From the NCBI GenBank assembly GCA_043825875.1, contig JBDRRF010000076.1, forward strand, positions 32,001 to 96,000: a DNA stretch of 64,000 nucleotides. The letters run 5' to 3'. Origin of the DNA: Pseudomonadota bacterium. GTDB taxonomy: Bacteria; Desulfobacterota; Desulfobacteria; Desulfobacterales; RPRI01. The notes under the pieces are model-generated. The model did no database searches, was not told where the DNA came from, and saw nothing but the letters and a program-made list of their open reading frames with translations. The translations under genes were made by a program, and so were the position numbers. Below are positions 29,820 through 38,645 of this stretch, one piece after another (the stretch's first letter is position 1; each line of letters begins with the position of its first letter).

Positions 29820-30005
29820 TCATTTCTTTTTCCCTCCGAAAATCTGATCAATGATAATTCCACCCCAGCCGGTAGTTGCCTGCTTTACTCCCTCTTTAGC
29901 AATCTCTCCTAAGCCCTTGGCAACTCCTTTAATAATCTTTACTTCTTCCTTTTTCTTTCCACCGTGCTGTTTGATATAAACATCAACATTTTTAAACTTA
30001 GCCAT
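29820..30005 (-). CDS. Small basic hypothetical protein
   Basis: 61 aa with AGGAGG RBS. Confidence 0.55.
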   Translation of the reverse strand: MAKFKNVDVYIKQHGGKKKEEVKIIKGVAKGLGEIAKEGVKQATTGWGGIIIDQIFGGKKK

Positions 30006-30082
30006 TTTGCGCCTCCTGTAAGTTATAGGTTAATCTTGATTATATTTTATATATGTCGCAAATGCTTGTAAATAAACGATAT

Positions 30083-30454
30083 TCAATGATTTTCCTTGAT
30101 TTTCTCCAAAGCTCTTATAGCTTCATCGCAGCCATTGCAAACAAACGCTTCAACATTGGTAATTTTATTTAAAGCGTCTATCCATTCTTTTTGGAACTCT
30201 GAAACACGACCGTTTTTAGTCCGCTTCATTTCAATGAATAACAACTTATCAGGTAGGCAAATAAGCAAATCCGGTAAGCCCGGATTAAGTCCAAGATTTT
30301 TGTTTGTCATCTTTTGTTTCCAGCTAGTTGTATAGGTAGAATTTGGAATTGAAGTAAATTTGTATCCTTTCAACCTCAAGTATTCCACAAAAGCTTTCTG
30401 CTCATTAAATTCGGTGGGAATTAAATTTGGTTTAAAAGTTTTGTAGTAATTCAT
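30083..30454 (-). CDS. VRR-NUC domain nuclease
   Basis: EFNEQ, GLNPGLPDL, FIEMKR, VSEFQKEW (PD-(D/E)xK). Confidence 0.85.
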   Translation of the reverse strand: MNYYKTFKPNLIPTEFNEQKAFVEYLRLKGYKFTSIPNSTYTTSWKQKMTNKNLGLNPGLPDLLICLPDKLLFIEMKRTKNGRVSEFQKEWIDALNKITNVEAFVCNGCDEAIRALEKIKENH

Positions 30455-30633
30455 ATTTTTAAAAAAACAGGAAGTAAAAAACAGTCAAAACGTGGCGTAA
30501 TAACTGCTTACTTCCTGATTTTTGCCACGTTAATTATACTTCTATCTTATCAAATAATTAATAATCTGTCAACCGTATGATATAATAAAATCAGATAGTT
30601 ATTAACTGCTCATTTTAAAAAAGGAGGTGTAAA

Positions 30634-30804
30634 ATGGTTAAAGTCTGTCCTACCTGCAACAACGTAATTACCCGCCCGTCATACTCTGACGACACGAATG
30701 TTTATTTTGTTTGCCCTCATTGCTCTTGTAAAGTAATGGCTCTTAAGGAATTTATGTTAAGTAATGAAATTATTGAAATGGAACACTATGCCGGGCATGC
30801 TTAA
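30634..30804 (+). CDS. 56-aa zinc-ribbon protein
   Basis: MVKVCPTCNN...FVCPHCSCK...; AAGGAGGT RBS; not in ORF track. Confidence 0.7.
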   Translation: MVKVCPTCNNVITRPSYSDDTNVYFVCPHCSCKVMALKEFMLSNEIIEMEHYAGHA

Positions 30805-30815
30805 AGGTGGTTAAA

Positions 30816-30980
30816 ATGGAAGATATACTACTTTACCAAAAACTTTTAGAAGTATGTCTAAGACACGGCGCTGAATTAACCTCTTTTGACGCCAAAACAA
30901 AAAAAATAGGAATAAAATGTAAGTTTGAGTGCATAGAAAATATAAACAAAGAAATATCAGAAATCTTAGATGAAGCCTAA
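30816..30980 (+). CDS. 54-aa hypothetical protein
   Basis: MEDILLYQKLLEVCLRHG...ILDEA*; AGGTGG RBS; followed by a terminator hairpin. Confidence 0.55.
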   Translation: MEDILLYQKLLEVCLRHGAELTSFDAKTKKIGIKCKFECIENINKEISEILDEA

Positions 30981-30985
30981 AAACA

Positions 30986-31016
30986 AAAGGATAAACGAAA
31001 TATGTTTATCCTTTTT
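30986..31016 (+). terminator. Terminator hairpin
   Basis: AAAGGATAAAC-loop-GTTTATCCTTTT. Confidence 0.7.
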
Positions 31017-31028
31017 ACTTTCAAATAG

Positions 31029-31065
31029 TTATCCACTTCCAAAAATATTTATTGTATGCTACTAT
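31029..31065 (+). promoter_or_regulatory. Promoter for the structured-RNA region, with adjacent DnaA-box-like motif
   Basis: TTATCCACT abutting TTCCAA-17 bp-TACTAT (TG-extended -10); second TTATTCACA at 31091-31099. Confidence 0.5.
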
Positions 31066-31267
31066 ATAGAAGTACTCTATTTTTTAAAAGTTATTCACAC
31101 CTTTTAAAAGAGTTGGCATGGGGAAATGCTACGAGGCAGTTGCTGGAGCTCTGCCTCACTCGTAGGTTAAGAATTTACATATTATAAAAGCTTTCAAACA
31201 AAAACCTTTTTTCTGCAAGGGAGTTCCGAAAGCTCTCCCTTAGAAACAAGGTTTTTGTTTTTTAAAA

Positions 31268-31453
31268 GCTATACAGTGGCGGAATAGCAAAACGCAATTA
31301 AGGACTGAGTAAAAGCGAATGCTCACGTTAACCTTCCCGACGCTCAGAGCAATAGCGCGCTTTATAATATCGGGCAAAACTCAAATGCAGGGTGACTATA
31401 CTATCGTTGCCGAAAGGTGAATGAAACGTTAGGCAAATCCCTGCCTGTATAGC
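31268..31453 (+). ncRNA. tRNA-like RNA with large internal insertions
   Basis: Closing stem GCTATACAG / CTGTATAGC; D-arm-like TGGCGGAATAGCAAAACGC; T-stem GCAGGG / CCCTGC with TG[39 nt]CAAAT loop. Confidence 0.55.
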
Positions 31454-31854
31454 TTTTAGCAAATAAATTGTTTCCTAAATCCGGTAAGGAACGGTGGCTG
31501 AATAAGCGGTAATTAGGTTCTAGAACTCAATTACTTTCCTTTCCGGATTTAAAAAGTAAAAAATCGCCAAATTTATTTTGGCGATTCTACAATTCATTTT
31601 TAAGCCCCGGATTATCGACTTAGGGGGTAATAATACTAAGCGGATAGAAATAAGGTTATTAGTTAAATGCCCTTTAAGAAGTTAAAGGTCATCTAACTGA
31701 CCCGACCCTGCCTTATTTCCAGCGTTATGCTTGTTCACTTAAGGGGATAGTGAAATGAGATACATAACTTTAAAAATGATATATATTTATAAAATGCTAA
31801 ACCCTCCCAAGCATTAACAATAACTAACAGGGGAGGGTCAGAATGTAACTAAAA

Positions 31855-32151
31855 TTAGATTAAATTAAATATTAGGATGTCTTTTCCTTTCTGCACTCTC
31901 TCATTTGACCCGGCGGCCATCATCCACATAAATCCGCCGTAGATGAATATGACAAGCGCCAAAGACCCGACAACTCCGAGCACGCCATTTATTATTTGGC
32001 CGATGAGTTGGTTGGGGGTGGTGGGGGTTGGCTCACCTGTCAAAGGATTATTCAAGCATACCTCACCGCTTCCAGTTTCACATTTAACTGCGTAACTAAT
32101 TTGAGGTAAAAGTAGAATCAAAAAAAATATTAATAAGATTATTTTCTTCAT
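31855..32151 (-). pseudogene. CPR/Patescibacteria-type pilin (TrbC/VirB2-like), C-terminally truncated
   Basis: Signal peptide, LNNPL, IINGVLGVVGSLALVIFIYGGFMWMMAAGSNERVQKGKDILI, then stops before the expected second TM helix. Confidence 0.65.
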
Positions 32152-32232
32152 ATATTAATTATATCATAAAAAAATAAAAACGGATAGTTTTTTAAAAAAA
32201 GCTATCCGTTTAAAATTTATAATGTGCAAAAT

Positions 32233-33348
32233 TTATGATTTATTGATCCAGAAATATATATCTGTTGGTTCCCTGGATATTGAAAATTCAATTCTGATAT
32301 TTTTGCTCCCGTAAATATCAAAACCATTAATTTTATTAAAGGAACTCCTCCACGTAGAAATACCATCAACATTATCTTTCTCTTTAAATTCTTTCAAAGA
32401 AAGATAAGAAATATGGTCGCCACTACTAATTACGCAAGCTTCTTTCCAGTCCCCGGATTTAGTAAGCCTAACTACTTTTGCCGGACCCCATTGAGATTCA
32501 TATTTCGCAACCGCCCTTTCCATCTCCAACCGCGCCAAACATTCTTCATACTCCGCGCGATAACGCGAAGTATATTGGCAGGCTTTGTTTAAAAGTCCGA
32601 CCTTTTGCGAGAGAAGATTAATGAGATTTTGCCGTTCCTCCACCGACATAATACCGCCGTCGGGGACTTGAATGGCTTGGGCTTTGGAATAATATTCTTC
32701 GCCAAGTGCTTCATTCTGTTTCTTTTGAGCTTCAGTATATTTATTCTTTTGACTAAACTTAACAGCAGTATCAAAAAACACAGTCTTTGAGTCTGTAGGT
32801 ATGTCTGTTTTATTCCCTGCCTGAAAATAATAATCGGCAACAGTTTCCTTGAGGGCAGGATTTATAGAAGCGGCAGACATAAAGTAGTTTTCCGCTGGTT
32901 TATGCTGGCCTTTTTCAAAAAGAGTTTTTCCCTCTGCAAACAATTCCGCACCAATGTCATTTTTAAGACCAGCTTGGTATTGGACTGCTTGACGGTAGAG
33001 CCCAACAGCACGGGACATATCACCTTTTGCTAAAGCCTGAGAACCGGCTTTTTTATATTCGGGGCCGATTTTATAACCATAATCAGACTTCAATTGTACG
33101 GCACTAGCGAAACGGTCTTTTGCATTTGAAAAATCACCCGTATTGATATAACAAATCCCAAGTTGGAATTGAGCCTCGGCATCCGTTGGTTTTTCTTTTA
33201 TTCGTTTATTAAGAAGCTCAATAGCCTGGGGAGACATCCCCGCCGACACAAAATCTTTGGCTTTATCAACATCGCCTGAACACCCGCAAAAAACAAATGA
33301 GATAATCACAAACAATAGATAACAACGAAACTTTCTATTAGACATCAT
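32233..33348 (-). CDS. TPR-repeat lipoprotein
   Basis: Lipobox-like FCGC; TPR-like helices (DAEAQFQLGICYINTGDFSNA); terminator hairpin at ~32177-32211. Confidence 0.75.
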   Translation of the reverse strand: MMSNRKFRCYLLFVIISFVFCGCSGDVDKAKDFVSAGMSPQAIELLNKRIKEKPTDAEAQFQLGICYINTGDFSNAKDRFASAVQLKSDYGYKIGPEYKKAGSQALAKGDMSRAVGLYRQAVQYQAGLKNDIGAELFAEGKTLFEKGQHKPAENYFMSAASINPALKETVADYYFQAGNKTDIPTDSKTVFFDTAVKFSQKNKYTEAQKKQNEALGEEYYSKAQAIQVPDGGIMSVEERQNLINLLSQKVGLLNKACQYTSRYRAEYEECLARLEMERAVAKYESQWGPAKVVRLTKSGDWKEACVISSGDHISYLSLKEFKEKDNVDGISTWRSSFNKINGFDIYGSKNIRIEFSISREPTDIYFWINKS

Positions 33349-33644
33349 TTCCCCCTCCTTGATTTATTAAACAGTCGATATTTAGTTGTCGATAAATATC
33401 TATATCTGATTTAAATTTCAACTAAAAAACAGCCATTATTGATTTTTGGGAACATTTTTCTATATAAAGATCTCAAATAAAGCTTTCAAGACCCGCCCTA
33501 CACAATTGTATACCATTGAATGGCAGCTGTTTTTCCAAAGAAATATTGGTATTTTAAATTCCGGGTCTATTTTATTATTGATATTTACATCACTTTTTGG
33601 TATAAAATGATTACATCATCCAAACACAAATAAGAGGTGTAAAA

Positions 33645-33917
33645 ATGTTATCTGAAACGCAACAAGAAAAGGTGCGGATAAACATCCAACTTTCTGCAGA
33701 GATTAAGGAGAAGCTATTCAAAGTCTCTTCCAGGCAGGGGAAAAAGGTTTCTGCTTTCGTAAGGGAGTCTATAGAGGAAAAATTGATCCAGCTCGAAAGG
33801 CAGGACTTTGAAAATCGTATGAAAACCGCCTATCAGGACTTAGCCGAAGAAAACATCAATATTTCTGAAGATTTCAAATTCTCTGACGCCGAAAATCTAC
33901 CAGAGGCCACCCCATGA
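33645..33917 (+). CDS. Ribbon-helix-helix antitoxin (MazE/EndoAI-like)
   Basis: VRINIQLS...VSAFVRESIEE, acidic C-terminus; overlaps the toxin start. Confidence 0.8.
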   Translation: MLSETQQEKVRINIQLSAEIKEKLFKVSSRQGKKVSAFVRESIEEKLIQLERQDFENRMKTAYQDLAEENINISEDFKFSDAENLPEATP

Positions 33918-34270
33918 CAACTTTTAACATTAAAAGAGGGGAAATCTATTATGCGTCCCTCGATCCGGTGGTGGGAAGTGAAACCGGAAAAACCCGGCCG
34001 GTGTTGATCATTCAAAATGATATCGGTAATCTATACTCACCTACGACTATCGTAGCAGTCATCACAGAATATTCCGAAAAAAAAGCAAATTATCCGATCT
34101 GCGTGCCTATTGGTATGGATACCGGTCTAAAAAAACATTCGATTGTTAATCTGTCGCAGATCCGCACCATTGACAACAGACGTTTGACAGGGCCGAAAAT
34201 CGCCGTTATTTCCAATGAGATCATGGGAAAGGTTGACACGGCACTGAAAAATAGCTTGGCTTTAAAATAG
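33914..34270 (+). CDS. mazF: MazF/PemK endoribonuclease toxin
   Basis: KRGEIYYASLDPVVGSETGKTRPVLIIQND, QIRTIDNRRL. Confidence 0.93.
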   Translation: MTTFNIKRGEIYYASLDPVVGSETGKTRPVLIIQNDIGNLYSPTTIVAVITEYSEKKANYPICVPIGMDTGLKKHSIVNLSQIRTIDNRRLTGPKIAVISNEIMGKVDTALKNSLALK

Positions 34271-34321
34271 AGAACGGAGTTTAAGTTAAATTCTACATTA
34301 TACGAAGGATGGTATCACTCC

Positions 34322-35617
34322 TTACGCTGCCTGCTCTTCATCTTTGTTTTCTGCTTTTTCAACTTCCCCATCGGCAACAGGCAGATATATATTAAATGTT
34401 GTACCTTCGTTAATTTTACTTGATACATCTATATATCCATTATGCTGTTTAATAATGCCGTAAGCGGATGAAAGCCCCAATCCCGTTCCTTTACCAAACT
34501 CCTTGGTTGTATAAAATGGTTCAAATATATTTGCTAAAACTTCACTATCCATACCGCATCCGTTATCACGAACAACAAGTTTTACATATTCTCCGGGTTT
34601 TATTTCTTTCATTTGCCGTTTATCACTCTCATGGATTACAATATCGGCTGTTTCAATGGCCAGAATACCTCCATTAGGCATAGCATCCCTTGCATTTGCC
34701 ACAAGATTCAGTAAGACTTGCTCTATCTGGTCCTTATCGGCCATAATATTTCGAACTGTCACTGCAGGCTTTATTTCAAGTAATATATCTTCGCCGATAA
34801 CCAGCTTTAACATCTCTGTCATATCTGTTATCAACTCGTTTATATTTATTTTATTAATTACCAGCAATTGCCTGCTGCTAAAAGCAAGCAACTGGTTTGT
34901 AATAGAAGATGCTTTCTCACCTAAACCTAATATAAGTTTAATACGTTCTCTTGAAGGATGATCTCTTGGAATATCCAACAGCGCCAGTTCACTAAAACCT
35001 AAAATACCGTTAAGCAGATTATTGAAATCATGGGCTACACCTCCTGCCAGCCTCCCGATTGATTCCATCTTATGCATTTGAATTAACTGGCCCTTTTGCA
35101 GATGCTGTTTTTCTTCAGTTTTTTCATTTATTGTATCAAAGGTTTCTTCCAATTCTTTCTTAGCCTGTTCGATCATGTTGTGCTGCGTCTGTATCTGATC
35201 TGTGACATCTTCTCCGTAACACAAAATGCCGGTTATCTTGCCCGTAATGTCTCTTAGCGGTATTGCATTATATTCTACAATTCTTCTTTCGCCCTTTTTA
35301 ACCAAAACAATATTTTGAAATTTTGTTGTCTCTGCATTGTTTATTTCATCTGTTATTAATTTATTAACGAAGATTTTTACTTTAGTTCGCATATCATCTG
35401 GAATAAACAGCCCAATAATATCCTTGCCGATAATTTCTTTCTCTTCATATCCGGCAACTTCACAGGCCTTTCTGTTTACAAGAACTACTTCCATATTAAG
35501 ATTTATTAAAATTAATTTTACTTCTTTAGTATCGAGACAGTTCTGTAACGAACTCTTTATGTGCATCAGCGCCAATTCGGCCAATTGGCTATATCTATCC
35601 CAATACTGATAATACAT
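34322..35617 (-). CDS. PAS-domain sensor histidine kinase
   Basis: PAS; GGVAHDFNNLL; NLVANARDAM; DNGCGM; FEPFYTTK; GTGLGLS; no receiver domain. Confidence 0.9.
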   Translation of the reverse strand: MYYQYWDRYSQLAELALMHIKSSLQNCLDTKEVKLILINLNMEVVLVNRKACEVAGYEEKEIIGKDIIGLFIPDDMRTKVKIFVNKLITDEINNAETTKFQNIVLVKKGERRIVEYNAIPLRDITGKITGILCYGEDVTDQIQTQHNMIEQAKKELEETFDTINEKTEEKQHLQKGQLIQMHKMESIGRLAGGVAHDFNNLLNGILGFSELALLDIPRDHPSRERIKLILGLGEKASSITNQLLAFSSRQLLVINKININELITDMTEMLKLVIGEDILLEIKPAVTVRNIMADKDQIEQVLLNLVANARDAMPNGGILAIETADIVIHESDKRQMKEIKPGEYVKLVVRDNGCGMDSEVLANIFEPFYTTKEFGKGTGLGLSSAYGIIKQHNGYIDVSSKINEGTTFNIYLPVADGEVEKAENKDEEQAA

Positions 35618-35700
35618 TGTATTTCCTTAAAACCGATCCGAGCAAATCTTATGAAAAGATCTCCCATAAAAGTTTCAGTGTTTCAGTTATGATCAGATCT

Positions 35701-36732
35701 TCACTTTATATTTTTCCCATAGTAATCAACATACCAGTTAACAAAATGTCTTATTCCTGTTTCAAGTAAAGTTTCAGGCTTAAAGCCAACATCTTTTATC
35801 AGATCATCAACATCGGCATATGTTGACACAACATCACCCGGTTGGAGATCAAGAAATTGAATTTCTGCTTTTTTCTCTAAAATAGTTTCTATGTTTTCTA
35901 TAAATTTCATAAGCTCAACAGGATTGTTGTTACCTATGTTATATATTTTATATTTTGCGTATGAGGTGCCAGGATCAGGGCTGTTGCCGCTCCAGTTTGG
36001 ATTCGGGTCAGGAACTTTTTTCATAATCCTTGCAACTCCTTCGATAATATCATCAATATATGTAAAATCACGAGTCATCTTTCCATGATTGAAAACCTCG
36101 ATAGGTTTTCCATTAAGGATTGCATCAGTAAAAAGAAAAAGAGCCATATCGGGTCGCCCCCATGGCCCGTAAACCGTAAAAAATCTCAGGCCTGTGCAAG
36201 GCAAACCATAGAGATGGCTGTATGAATGAGCCATGAGTTCATTTGCTTTCTTTGTGGCAGCATAAAGTGAAACAGGATGATCGACATTATGATGAACGGA
36301 AAAAGGCATTTTTGTGTTTGCCCCATAAACGGAACTTGATGAAGCAAAAACAAGATGCTGAACACTATTGTGTCTACAGCATTCAAGGATATTTGTAAAA
36401 CCGACTATATTGGAATCAATATATGAATAAGGGTTTTTCAATGAATATCTCACGCCAGCCTGTGCCGCAAGATTAACAACAACGTCAAACTTATTATTTT
36501 TAAAAACTTCTTGCAAAGCATCCCTATCTGAAATGTCTGCTTTTAAGAATGCAAAGTTTTTATAAGACAATAGTTGAGCAAGCCTGGATTCTTTAAGACC
36601 AACATCATAATAAGAATTCATATTATCAATACCGGTTACATTAATCCCTTCATTAAGCAATCTTAAAGATAAATGATAACCGATAAACCCGGCAGCACCT
36701 GTAACAAGAACATCTTTAATACTAATATCCAT
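35701..36732 (-). CDS. NAD-dependent epimerase (UDP-glucuronate 4-epimerase type)
   Basis: [33 protein letters not shown]. Confidence 0.93.
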   Translation of the reverse strand: MDISIKDVLVTGAAGFIGYHLSLRLLNEGINVTGIDNMNSYYDVGLKESRLAQLLSYKNFAFLKADISDRDALQEVFKNNKFDVVVNLAAQAGVRYSLKNPYSYIDSNIVGFTNILECCRHNSVQHLVFASSSSVYGANTKMPFSVHHNVDHPVSLYAATKKANELMAHSYSHLYGLPCTGLRFFTVYGPWGRPDMALFLFTDAILNGKPIEVFNHGKMTRDFTYIDDIIEGVARIMKKVPDPNPNWSGNSPDPGTSYAKYKIYNIGNNNPVELMKFIENIETILEKKAEIQFLDLQPGDVVSTYADVDDLIKDVGFKPETLLETGIRHFVNWYVDYYGKNIK

Positions 36733-36981
36733 CTCATCCTCCGCTCGTTATAGCAATTGTGAGAACCTTGTTCCGTTTGCAGCTTATTGTATTTTTGGGT
36801 ATGGGGTGTGTATGAAAATGAACAGATTTATAAGAATTACTATAAAAATGTTATATGAACTTATATCCAATATGTTTTTGAATTTCAATAAAAAATAAAT
36901 TAGATTATTAGTAAGAATTTCTACCAAAGAGATACATCAATGATCAGGAACATAGCACTTTTAGTTTGTTTTATATGGACG

Positions 36982-38475
36982 TCAGATGGTTTCTGTATTT
37001 ATGTACTTTTTTACTGTACGTCTGTCCAGTTTTACCCTGCGCGCCACTTCTTCAAATGTCCCATACTGCTTATAAAGCATCATACAATAATTACTCAAAA
37101 TCGTCTGGGCATCCATGCTTCCCGATTCTATCCCCGACAGAAGATAGGTTTTTTCATCAGCTCTTATTTCTTTATCATCGCCTGAATAACTGCGCTTGAT
37201 AAGCACTCTTCGCACACATTGTTCCAGCTCCCGTACATTGCCGGGCCAGGGGTAATGATTGCCAAGTTCTTTTAAGATTACATCCTTAACGATGTCTGCA
37301 AGTTCCGGAGAAGGTTTTCCGATTAGTCTTTCAATGGTATGAGATAAAAGCCCGTTTAATTCATCCGGGTCTTCCTCAATACGCTGCCTTAATGGCGGAA
37401 CCGTAATGGTGTCAGAGCATAACCTGTAGAAAAAGTCATCCCGAAATCGTCTTTGTGCACGAAGTTTATTGATGTCGCGATTCGTTGCGGCAAGCACCCT
37501 GCCCTGAAATCGTTTCTTCTCGTGCCCGCCCACCGGAGAAAATACCCGCTCCTGCAAAACCTGTAGAAGTTTTATTTGAACCGGGATACTTGTCTCACCG
37601 ATTTCATCCAGAAAAATAGTGCTGTATTGTCCGCATTGCTCCAGAATGCCTTTGTGGGTATCTATTGCTCCGGTAAAAGCCCCCTTCCTGTGTCCAAACA
37701 ACTCCGATTCGATCAATGCCTCCGGAAATTGAGAAAGGTTTAAAGAAATAAGAGAGCGGGTAAAGCTGTCCTCAAAACAATTACTCTTTTCACTATATGG
37801 GATAAATCCGGAACATCCAATGGCAGCAGCAGCAGTTCCTTTGCCCGTGCCCGTTTCCCCAAGCAAAAGCGTTGAAAAATCTTCCATTCTGTTCCACAGA
37901 TATTTTTCATAAAGTCCAATATCATAAGTAAATACATTGTTCCAGAGACTTAACTTAAGCTGTTTCATGGAAGAACTTGTGCCAATAAGATTGCCTTCTA
38001 TAAAGAAAAAGGCCCGCCGCATCTGGTAAAAAATGGCAAAATAGCGGATAGTTTCAGCTTCCCGGAAACCATATTGCGTTAGAGCTTTAAAGAAATTACC
38101 TGCAAACAATACCTTTAAGGGGGTATCGCCAGCCTTTCGCTGATCTATTATAAATGTGTCAAACTCTGCCGCATACTGATGATAGACATAAAAGAGCAAC
38201 GAGTTCTTTACTATCTCGTGATCATCTCCTGAAAAAAAATTGATATCGGCACGCCCTTGATTTTCAAGTACCTTTATCTTCTGCTCCACCTCATAAAAAA
38301 CCTTTTCCAGCAATGTGAAAGAAGAAGTTTCTGAGGAAAGGCCGGATATCTCAAGATCAACCCGTTCCCTTTCCTCACCGAAAGGGTTGGCAAACACCGC
38401 ACGGGTAACCAATGAGAAGAATCTGCGTTCTATTTTTGTAAGTTTATTTTTTAAGTCCATACAATTTATGTACAT
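36982..38475 (-). CDS. Sigma54-dependent transcriptional activator
   Basis: GETGTGKG, GAFTGA, FLDEIGE, WPGNVRELE, C-terminal HTH. Confidence 0.93.
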   Translation of the reverse strand: MYINCMDLKNKLTKIERRFFSLVTRAVFANPFGEERERVDLEISGLSSETSSFTLLEKVFYEVEQKIKVLENQGRADINFFSGDDHEIVKNSLLFYVYHQYAAEFDTFIIDQRKAGDTPLKVLFAGNFFKALTQYGFREAETIRYFAIFYQMRRAFFFIEGNLIGTSSSMKQLKLSLWNNVFTYDIGLYEKYLWNRMEDFSTLLLGETGTGKGTAAAAIGCSGFIPYSEKSNCFEDSFTRSLISLNLSQFPEALIESELFGHRKGAFTGAIDTHKGILEQCGQYSTIFLDEIGETSIPVQIKLLQVLQERVFSPVGGHEKKRFQGRVLAATNRDINKLRAQRRFRDDFFYRLCSDTITVPPLRQRIEEDPDELNGLLSHTIERLIGKPSPELADIVKDVILKELGNHYPWPGNVRELEQCVRRVLIKRSYSGDDKEIRADEKTYLLSGIESGSMDAQTILSNYCMMLYKQYGTFEEVARRVKLDRRTVKKYINTETI

Positions 38476-38559
38476 ATATAATCATATTTTGTCCATTAAT
38501 TTTTTTATTATTAAAAGGCAAAAATATTTAACTTATTGAATATACATCAATAACAATAT

Positions 38560-38575
38560 TGGCACAGTTCCTGTA
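38560..38575 (+). promoter_or_regulatory. Sigma54 -24/-12 promoter
   Basis: TGGCAC-AGTTC-CTGTA, 70 bp before the VIT-vWA gene and divergent from the activator. Confidence 0.65.
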
Positions 38576-38645
38576 AACATTATATTAATACCTTGAAACA
38601 AAAGAGGTAAACAAAACAACTAATTTAAAAAAAGGAGGTTTAAAA

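Larger units (their letters stand above)
28285..33497. mobile_element. Integrative element / phage-satellite-like remnant at tRNA-Leu
   Basis: Integrase and excisionase next to the tRNA 3' end; possible degenerate second att core TTCAAGACCCGCC (33485-33497) vs tRNA TTCAAATCCCGCC (28285-28297); right boundary uncertain. Confidence 0.6.

Noticed and set aside
33645..34270. mazEF as part of the tRNA-Leu element
   Set aside because: It lies outside the candidate att at 33485-33497; membership cannot be decided from this sequence.
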